DNA of 64,000 nucleotides, taken from Thermoplasmata archaeon. Its GTDB lineage: Archaea; Thermoplasmatota; E2; JACPAO01; JAHFTW01. Shown piece by piece: positions 57,154-64,000 of the stretch. The stretch is from assembly GCA_034667725.1 (NCBI GenBank), contig JAXDQS010000010.1:1-64000 (forward strand), given 5' to 3'. The notes under the pieces are model-generated. The model saw nothing but the letters and a program-made list of their open reading frames with translations. It was not told the DNA's origin and did no database searches. The stretch's first letter is position 1. Each line of letters opens with the position of its first letter. The translations under genes were made by a program, and so were the position numbers.

Positions 57154-58458
57154 GTGGCTGACAGCGCGGGGCCTTCGGACGTCGGTTGGGCGGAGCTGCG
57201 CTCCACGGGCGTCCTGCTGCTGTTCTTCGTGGCCAACATCCTGCTGGCGGCGCTGTTCGCGTCGCCGTTCCGGGCGGCGGGGCTGCAGGCCTTCGAGGAT
57301 CCGCAGGACGTCGGCAACTCGCTCTGGTACCTGGTCCTCATCCTGGCGTTCACGTTCCTCATCCTGTGGATCGCCAAGCGCGGCCACAAGTGGCTCATCC
57401 GCCTCCTGATCCTGGGCGCCGTCGGCTCCACCGTCGCCTACGTCGTGCTGCCCCTGGCCGCCCAGTTCCCTGGCCTCCAGGAGCCCACCTGGGAAGGAAT
57501 CCCGGTGGTGCCGCTGGTGCTGGCCGTCGTGCTGGCGGCCGCCTGCGTCTTCGCCCTCTACCGCAACCCCGAGTGGTACGTCATCGACGCCGTCGGCCTG
57601 CTGGTGGCGTCGGCCTCGTCGGCCATCTTCGGCATCAGCCTCGGCGTCGTGCCGGTCCTGGTGCTGCTGGCGGCGCTCGCGGCCTACGACGCCATCGCCG
57701 TGTACCGCACCAAGCACATGCTGTCGCTGGCGGACACGGTCATCGAGCTGCGCCTGCCGGTGTTGCTGGTCATCCCGAAGCACGGCGGCTACCGCTTCCG
57801 CCGCCAGGCCGCCCAGTTCAAGCAGGCCAGCGCCGAGAACAAGCACGAGCGCGAGGCGATGTTCATGGGCCTCGGCGACCTCGTGATGCCCACCATCCTG
57901 GTCGTCTGCGCCCTGGCGTTCCTGCCCCACCTGACCGCGCTCCCCATGGAGGCGCATGAGCTGGAGAGCGAGGCCGCCGGGCTGCCGCTGGAGCTGGAGG
58001 TCGCGTCGGCCGGCGGGCATCCTGCCGCCGTCACGTACCGCATCACGTCTCCGGACACCAACTCGACCTACTGGGAATGGAGCCTGGACCGCGACGGCGA
58101 CGGCACCCCCGACCACTCGGGCGCCGGCCTGCCCGCCCAGGTCACGGTGCAGGTCGCGCAGCCCGAGCTGGCCATCGCCCGCGCCCACGCCACCAGCTCC
58201 GGCATGGCGCAGGGTTGGGCCAACAGCACCGTCCAGGCCGACTACACCTCCCAGGGCTGGCACCTGGGCGCCATGCTGCTGTTCGCCAACCTGCCCGCCA
58301 TGGGGGCCGCCATCGGCACCTTGGTCGGCTTCGGCGTCCTCATGGCCTTCGTGCTGCGCGGCAACCCGCAGGCCGGCCTGCCCCTCCTGAACGGCGGCGC
58401 CATCGCCGGCTTCCTCGTGGGCCTGTACGCCGCCACCGGCTCGTTCCGGTTCTGGTGA
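57154..58458 (+). CDS. Presenilin/SPP-like intramembrane aspartyl protease (GxGD) with a soluble insertion
   Basis: YDAIAVY.T.HM..LA, MGLGD...P, PQAGLP.LNGG. Confidence 0.88.
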   Translation: MADSAGPSDVGWAELRSTGVLLLFFVANILLAALFASPFRAAGLQAFEDPQDVGNSLWYLVLILAFTFLILWIAKRGHKWLIRLLILGAVGSTVAYVVLPLAAQFPGLQEPTWEGIPVVPLVLAVVLAAACVFALYRNPEWYVIDAVGLLVASASSAIFGISLGVVPVLVLLAALAAYDAIAVYRTKHMLSLADTVIELRLPVLLVIPKHGGYRFRRQAAQFKQASAENKHEREAMFMGLGDLVMPTILVVCALAFLPHLTALPMEAHELESEAAGLPLELEVASAGGHPAAVTYRITSPDTNSTYWEWSLDRDGDGTPDHSGAGLPAQVTVQVAQPELAIARAHATSSGMAQGWANSTVQADYTSQGWHLGAMLLFANLPAMGAAIGTLVGFGVLMAFVLRGNPQAGLPLLNGGAIAGFLVGLYAATGSFRFW

Positions 58459-58547
58459 GGCAAAACATCCGCGCCTCGGAATCAAGACGGAGCCACACAA
58501 GAAGCCTGATATCCGTCCGACCCTTGGAACGCCAACAGGGACGCAAC

Positions 58548-58829
58548 ATGGACGCCGAGGTCACTTCCTTCATCAACCTCCCTGTGTACACGCACGGCGG
58601 CCGCTACGTCGGCGTGGTCCAGAACGTCATCCTCGACCTGCCCAACCGCCGCGTCGGCTCGCTGCTCCTGACGCGCACCTCGACCAAGCTCATCGAGGGC
58701 GGCCACAACGTCGCCGTCCCCTACCGCTGGGTCGCCTCCGTCGGCGACATCGTCATCCTCAGCCACTTCCCGGACAAGGTCGTCGCCTCGGGCGCGGCCA
58801 ACCCGGAAGAAGAGCCGATCGCGGCGTAG
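58548..58829 (+). CDS. PRC-barrel protein
   Basis: VYT..G.YVG.V..VILD, VPYRWV..VGDIVIL. Confidence 0.88.
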   Translation: MDAEVTSFINLPVYTHGGRYVGVVQNVILDLPNRRVGSLLLTRTSTKLIEGGHNVAVPYRWVASVGDIVILSHFPDKVVASGAANPEEEPIAA

Positions 58830-58830
58830 C

Positions 58831-59178
58831 CTAGCCGAGGCTCGCGATCAGCCGGTCCACGCTCGGCTTGCGCACGAGCCGGTACAAGCCGGCGACGTCG
58901 GGCTCCTGGGCCGTGTAAAGGACGCGCCGGGCGTCGGGCTGCAAGGCGGCCACCAGGCGCAGGAACACGCTGCCCTTGCCGTCGGGCAGCCGCTCGTCGG
59001 TCACCACGGCGTCGAGCCGGTGCTGCTTGAGCGCCGCGAGGCCGGTCGCGATGGTGGCGGCCTCGTGGACGCGCCAGCCTTCGCCCTCCAACACGACTGT
59101 CAACGACGCCAAGGTGTCGGGGTCGTCCTCGACCAGCAAGACCTCGCGGCCTTCCGGGTTTGCTTCGCTCGCTGCCAC
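58831..59178 (-). CDS. Stand-alone response regulator receiver (CheY-like)
   Basis: VLLVEDD, D.VVTD..LPDG.G, TA, KP. Confidence 0.8.
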   Translation of the reverse strand: MAASEANPEGREVLLVEDDPDTLASLTVVLEGEGWRVHEAATIATGLAALKQHRLDAVVTDERLPDGKGSVFLRLVAALQPDARRVLYTAQEPDVAGLYRLVRKPSVDRLIASLG

Positions 59179-59244
59179 TAGACCACCATGCCAACCAGTC
59201 CGGGGCCGGCAGTTAGCCCTTGCCGTCGTCCGTTTTGCGGCCTT

Positions 59245-60399
59245 TCAGTCCTTGAGCGGCATCTTCTCGACGTGCGCCTCGAGGATGTCCATGCCCCGGT
59301 CGATGTTCTCCAGGCTGCAGGCGTAGCTGAAGCGCAGGTGGCCTTCGCCGAGCCGCCCGAACGCGCTGCCCGGGCTGCAGATCAAGCCCTTGGCGGCCAG
59401 GTTGAGGGCGAACTGCTCGGACGGGATGTCGAAGTCGAACTGGGGGAAGGCGTAGAACGCGCCGCCCGGCTTGACCATGTGGATGCCGCGCATCTTCCGC
59501 AGGCGGCGCGTAATCAGGTCGCGGCGTTTCTTGAACTCGCGGAACATCTGCTCCGACTGGTCCTGCGGGCCCTCGATGGCGGCGACCCCGGCCCACTGCA
59601 TCGGCGTCGGCGGGCACGCGACGGTGTAGTAGTGCATCGTCTCGATGGCCTTGACGTAGTCGCGCTTGGTGGCGATGCAGCCCAGGCGCCACCCGGTGAG
59701 GGCGTAGGTCTTGGAGAACGAGTTGACCCAGATCACGTTGTCCATGTGGCTCAAAAACGAGTTGTGCGGCGCGTCGTAGGACAGGAAGTCGTAGACCTCG
59801 TCGGCGACCACCATGATGCCGTGGTCCTCGGCGACCTCGCACAGCGCGCGCACCGTGGCGGCGTCCATGCAGGCGCCCGTGGGGTTGGAGGGGGTGTTGA
59901 CGATCAGCAGCTTGGTGCGCGGCGTGATCTTGGCCTTGATCTCCTCGACGTCGGGCTGGTACTTGTTCTCCGGCGTCAGCGAGTAGCCGATGGGGAAGGC
60001 GCCGCACAGCCGGGCCTGGCTCGGGTAGAGCACGAAGCCGGGGTCGGGCACCAGGACCTCGTCGCCGTGGTCGACGAAGGTGTGGTTGATGGTCATGAGC
60101 GCCTGGGTGGCGCCCATCGTGACGATGATGTTCTGCGCGGACACGGACTCGCCGCGGTAGTCCTTGATGCGGTGCGCGATGGCCTCCCGGAGCTGCGGCA
60201 GGCCCAGGCTGGGGCCGTAGTGGTTCTTGCCGGCGGCGACCGCGTCGGCGAGCGCCTGCGAGATGTGCGGGGCGGGCTCGAAGTCGGGCTCGCCGAGGCC
60301 CATGTTGACGGAGTCCTTGCCCGCCAGCTCGAACATCTTGCGGATGCCCGACATCTCGATGCCCAGCAGCCTGCGGGCGATCAGGCTCTTGCCGGTCAT
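59245..60399 (-). CDS. PLP-dependent aminotransferase class I/II (aspartate aminotransferase-like)
   Basis: GEPDF, N.PSNPTG, DEVY, SFSKTY..TGWRLG, PG..FG, RFSY. Confidence 0.92.
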   Translation of the reverse strand: MTGKSLIARRLLGIEMSGIRKMFELAGKDSVNMGLGEPDFEPAPHISQALADAVAAGKNHYGPSLGLPQLREAIAHRIKDYRGESVSAQNIIVTMGATQALMTINHTFVDHGDEVLVPDPGFVLYPSQARLCGAFPIGYSLTPENKYQPDVEEIKAKITPRTKLLIVNTPSNPTGACMDAATVRALCEVAEDHGIMVVADEVYDFLSYDAPHNSFLSHMDNVIWVNSFSKTYALTGWRLGCIATKRDYVKAIETMHYYTVACPPTPMQWAGVAAIEGPQDQSEQMFREFKKRRDLITRRLRKMRGIHMVKPGGAFYAFPQFDFDIPSEQFALNLAAKGLICSPGSAFGRLGEGHLRFSYACSLENIDRGMDILEAHVEKMPLKD

Positions 60400-60487
60400 G
60401 CGGCCACCTGGCGGGGCACGGCTGCGGCGACGGGGGAGGGCTAGATAACGAGGTGGGAGGATGGGCAGAGGTGGTCGGTGGGCCTGC

Positions 60488-60925
60488 CTAGAGCGGCGGG
60501 AGGACGGGCGCGATCACGACCTCGAGGTCGGCGCCGTCGTCGCGGACGTTCACGCACACGTGGCCTTGGCCCGCCAGGTCCTGGCAGGCCGGGTCGATGG
60601 CGGCGGCCGCGGCGTTGGGCGGGATGGTGACCTCGACATCGAACGAGACATCGACGCCGTTGTCGGTCACCTCGGCGCACACGAAGCCTTGGCCCGCCAG
60701 GTCCTGGCAGGTCGGCGCGGCCGCGGCCGCGACCGGCGGGATGGTGGGCGCGATGACGATCGAGACGTCGGCGCCGTCGTCGCGGATGTCGGTGCAGACG
60801 ACGCCTTGGCCAGCGAGGTCCGTGCAGGTCGGTTCCGGCGTCGCGGGCAGCAGGGCGGGCGACGCGGCGGCGAAGGTGGTGGCGGCGCCGACGGCAAGGA
60901 GGGCGGCCAAGATTGCAGGGTTCAT
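60488..60925 (-). CDS. Small secreted protein made of three ~38-aa Cys-pair repeats
   Basis: P.C.DLAGQG.VC....D.G.D........PP three times after a signal peptide. Confidence 0.75.
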   Translation of the reverse strand: MNPAILAALLAVGAATTFAAASPALLPATPEPTCTDLAGQGVVCTDIRDDGADVSIVIAPTIPPVAAAAAPTCQDLAGQGFVCAEVTDNGVDVSFDVEVTIPPNAAAAAIDPACQDLAGQGHVCVNVRDDGADLEVVIAPVLPPL

Positions 60926-61152
60926 TTGTGTTCACCGTTGGTTGTGGGCGCCGGCCCGGGTCCCGGCGTCCGGCGCTCCATTCACCTGCCACCAAAAAGA
61001 GCTGGGCTCCGTTCCCGCATTGCCAGAATCCAAAGCCTGGATCGGGACCGGTTCACGTTCACCGCGACCAAGCCACCGCCGCGACGCGCATTCCTGGACA
61101 ACGCGTTGGCCGCATCTGGGCATTGGCCCGTTGCGGCGGTGCGCACAACTGG

Positions 61153-62580
61153 TCAGTGGTAGCGCTCGACCCGCAGCCGCTTGAACAGCGTGGCCTCGGG
61201 CTCGCCATGCTGGGCGGCAAGCTCGTCGCCGATGCGGTGGCCGTCGGTGGCGTAGCCGTAGACCAGCCACACCTCGGTCTCGTTGGCCACGATGCGGCGC
61301 AGCGCCGGCAGGTCCGCGTCGGTGACGGGACGCTGCTGCAGGAACGGCACCAGCCGCAGGTCGCTCCGGTCGCCGTAATGCTCGAAGGCGCATTGCCAGT
61401 CGCGGTCGGTCGTGGAGTCGCAGTAGCCGTCGTTGAACAGCACCAAGGCGCCCGGCGGCGCCTCCGCCTCGACGTAGGCCGTCGCCGCGCGCCAGTCCTC
61501 CTTCGAGTCCTCGGGCTCGCCGGCCATCTGGTGCAGCCCCACGGTCGCGGCGCTGGCCACTAGCAGGCCCGCCACCGCCACCGTGCGCCAAGGGGCGCGC
61601 AGCCGCAGCGCCGCGGCGGCCACGACGACGTAGAGCGGCACCGAGGCGGCGATGGCGTACTTCGGCGTGAAGACCTGCGTGTGCAGCGACAGCAGCAGCG
61701 GCAGCGCCACCGGCACCACGAGCCAGAGCACCAACAGCGGCGCGCGGCCCCTGCCGGGCCCCGGCACGCCGCCCGCCATCGGCGGGGCGCCGCGGTAGCG
61801 GGCCGCCAGCAGGGTCGCGGCGAACGCGGCCAACAGCAGCAGGCTGCCCGCGAACAGGACTGCCGTGTCGAGGAGGTGGTGCCAGGCCGGCGCAGGGATC
61901 CAGAAGCCGCCGGCCACCCGGCTGGCGCGCTCGGCCAGGATGCCCAGCCAGGGCGCGAACAGCAGCAGCACGCCGGCCTGGAGCTGGAGCCAGCGCGCCG
62001 CGGGGACGCGCGGATGCCGGCCTGGCAACGTCTGGTAGGCCCATTGGGCCGCGACGATGAACACCCCGAACAGGTGGCTGTAGAGCAGCAGCGCCGTCAG
62101 CACGACGTAGGCCGGCCCCGCCGCGCGCCGGCGCTCCAGCAGCCGCAGGTAGGCCCACATCGACGCGAGCGCCAGGAGGACGAGCAGGCTGTAGGCGCGC
62201 GCGTCGCGGGCGTTGACGACGTGGTGCAGCGACAGCGCGAGCAGGCTGGCGGCCAGGACGCCGACGCGCCGGTCGTAGAGGCGGGCCGCGACCGCGTGCA
62301 GCAGCGGGACGGCGGTGACCCCGAACACGGCGGCGGGCACGCGGACGGCCAGCTCGGACTCGCCGGCCACGCGGATCCAGAAGTGCAGCACCAGGTTGTG
62401 CAGGGGCGGGGTCTGGTCGCGGTCCGCCAGCACCTGCCAGAGGCTTTGGCGCGCGGCGTTGAGGCTGTACATCTCGTCGGCCCAGAAGCCCTGGCGGCCG
62501 AGGTCCCAGAACCGCAGCAGGGCCGCCGCTAGGACGGCCAGGGCGAGGCCCCAGGCGAGGCGTCGTCCGCCGGCGTTCAC
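61153..62580 (-). CDS. GT-C glycosyltransferase (GT39/PMT_2-like)
   Basis: W.DE..S, PPL....L..W, R.P...FG, AR.Y, EDWR. Confidence 0.82.
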   Translation of the reverse strand: MNAGGRRLAWGLALAVLAAALLRFWDLGRQGFWADEMYSLNAARQSLWQVLADRDQTPPLHNLVLHFWIRVAGESELAVRVPAAVFGVTAVPLLHAVAARLYDRRVGVLAASLLALSLHHVVNARDARAYSLLVLLALASMWAYLRLLERRRAAGPAYVVLTALLLYSHLFGVFIVAAQWAYQTLPGRHPRVPAARWLQLQAGVLLLFAPWLGILAERASRVAGGFWIPAPAWHHLLDTAVLFAGSLLLLAAFAATLLAARYRGAPPMAGGVPGPGRGRAPLLVLWLVVPVALPLLLSLHTQVFTPKYAIAASVPLYVVVAAAALRLRAPWRTVAVAGLLVASAATVGLHQMAGEPEDSKEDWRAATAYVEAEAPPGALVLFNDGYCDSTTDRDWQCAFEHYGDRSDLRLVPFLQQRPVTDADLPALRRIVANETEVWLVYGYATDGHRIGDELAAQHGEPEATLFKRLRVERYH

Positions 62581-64000
62581 TTGCGCTCGACGAAGACCGT
62601 CACCGGCTCGCCGCCGACGGGCACGTCGAACGCCGTGTCCGCCTCGTAGCGGACGGCGGCGCCCTCGGTGCTCGTCGCGTTGTAGTCGACGATGGCCCGG
62701 TAGGCGCCCGGCCCGAGCGAGGTGCTGGCGACTCCGGTGGCGTTGGTCACAGCCGAGGCCGAGAAGCCGTTGGGGCCGGTGAGGCGCAGCGGGACATCGG
62801 GGATGCTGCTGCCGTCCGCGTTGCGGAACGTCAGGGTCACCGGGCTGGGCACCGGCGCCAGCGGGACCAGCACCGAGCCGGCGCCGCCCGCGGGGACCTG
62901 GCCGGGCACGGTGGCGTTGCCGTAGCCCTTCAGGCTGACCTTGACGCTGACCGAGCCGGCCTGGAGGCCGCCCACGTTGAAGGTGCCGTTGGCGTCGGTG
63001 GTGACGACGCGGTCGCCGACCATGACACGGGCGCCCGCGAGGGCGCGGTCCTTGCCGGCGGTCTTGTTGTACTCGCCGTCGGCGGGGACGTCGCCCTCGA
63101 CGTAGACCGTGCCCGCGAGGCTGCCGCTCGGGACCGTGGCCTGGCCAAGGTCGCGCTGGCCGCCCTGCATGGCCTCCGCGAGGGTGAACTGGTAGCGGGT
63201 GTCGTTGCGGTCGCTCTGCCAGAGCATGCTGCCGTCGCTGCCGAGGACCGCGAGGCGCAGGTCGTGGTCCTGCGAGAACGGCGCCAGGACGCTGAAGTGG
63301 CCCTGGGCGTCGGTGACGGCGGCGTCGTGGCCGGCGCCGAAGCCGTCGCCGAAGGTGACGCGGACGCCAGCCATCGGCTTGCCGGTGTCGTCGACGACGG
63401 AGCCGCTGGCCTGCACGCCGTTGTAGTAGCGCAGCAGCACGACCTGGCGGTGCGGGCTGCCGTTCCGCAGCGGCGCGTCGGCGATGGTCTCCTCGATGGC
63501 GCGCCAGTGCGCCAGGCCGTTGCCGGCCGCGGCGCCGTCGCCGGCGAGGCCGCCGAAGGCGCGGGCGAACATGGTCTGGCCGTACCGTTCGGTCGGCTCG
63601 AAGAAGGCGCCCTGCTGGGACAGCTCAAGGCCGCCGTCGGCGGCGTAGCCGTGCCGGGGCGACATGCCCATGCGGTACAGGCGGCCCTGGTAGACCTCCC
63701 ACTCCTGGTTGCCGGCGTCGTAGAAGCGCTCGACGCCCGTGTCGACGGAGACGTTGTCCACCATGGCGTAGCGGCGGACCGTGAAGATCTGCCCGCCCGC
63801 CTGGACCTTCTGCTGGATGTAGTCGTCAGGGTTCTTGTCGCTCAGGTAGACCGGGGCGTAGAAGATGCCGCGGTCGAGCGAGGCGCCGTAGCGGCCGTTG
63901 GTGGCCGGGAACGAGCCCATGCGGTCGTCGACGCCGAGGTACAGCACCGACTTGCCGGTGGCGGCCATGACCTCGTTGTAGAGGGTGTACACCTTGTCGC
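62577..64000 (-). CDS. C-terminal part of a probable oligosaccharyltransferase AglB with carboxypeptidase-regulatory-like repeats (5' end outside window)
   Basis: Y..VD.RM...GIFYAP..L, TMF.RAF.G, GL.HWR, V.LLRYY.G, then beta-sandwich repeats; the WWDYG motif is not inside the window. Confidence 0.6.
   Translation of the reverse strand, partial: DKVYTLYNEVMAATGKSVLYLGVDDRMGSFPATNGRYGASLDRGIFYAPVYLSDKNPDDYIQQKVQAGGQIFTVRRYAMVDNVSVDTGVERFYDAGNQEWEVYQGRLYRMGMSPRHGYAADGGLELSQQGAFFEPTERYGQTMFARAFGGLAGDGAAAGNGLAHWRAIEETIADAPLRNGSPHRQVVLLRYYNGVQASGSVVDDTGKPMAGVRVTFGDGFGAGHDAAVTDAQGHFSVLAPFSQDHDLRLAVLGSDGSMLWQSDRNDTRYQFTLAEAMQGGQRDLGQATVPSGSLAGTVYVEGDVPADGEYNKTAGKDRALAGARVMVGDRVVTTDANGTFNVGGLQAGSVSVKVSLKGYGNATVPGQVPAGGAGSVLVPLAPVPSPVTLTFRNADGSSIPDVPLRLTGPNGFSASAVTNATGVASTSLGPGAYRAIVDYNATSTEGAAVRYEADTAFDVPVGGEPVTVFVERK

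Overview
High-GC archaeal chromosomal window. PAN, thermosome, aIF-1A/RIO1/KH, aMBF1, LonB, type II MetAP, the mvk-ipk-fni-GGPPS cluster and a probable AglB all indicate an archaeon; a Thermoplasmatota-like lineage is my inference. Most of the window is housekeeping, surface-protein and glycosylation genes. The main discovery is a ~9.9 kb integrative element (26960-36874). It sits inside the anticodon arm of the host tRNA-Pro(UGG) gene and splits it into a 5' half (26926-26967) and a 3' half (36867-36905), with an 8-bp TGGGACCT duplication and 14-bp perfect subterminal inverted repeats. The tRNA is not rebuilt at either junction. Instead the element carries its own complete, re-sequenced tRNA-Pro(UGG) and a second tRNA-like RNA with a 39-nt anticodon-loop region. 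It also encodes a tyrosine integrase, a divergent IS91-like HUH protein with a Zn-finger partner, and a TSP3-repeat surface cargo operon. Other notable items: a dispersed structured repeat with compensatory base changes (4755-4903 and 22747-22958), a second palindromic repeat family, a copper amine oxidase apparently split into two secreted subunits, a GT2-GtrA-PMT triple fusion, and a bacterial-type SpeA. All calls were made by eye with no database searches. Start codons are best estimates.
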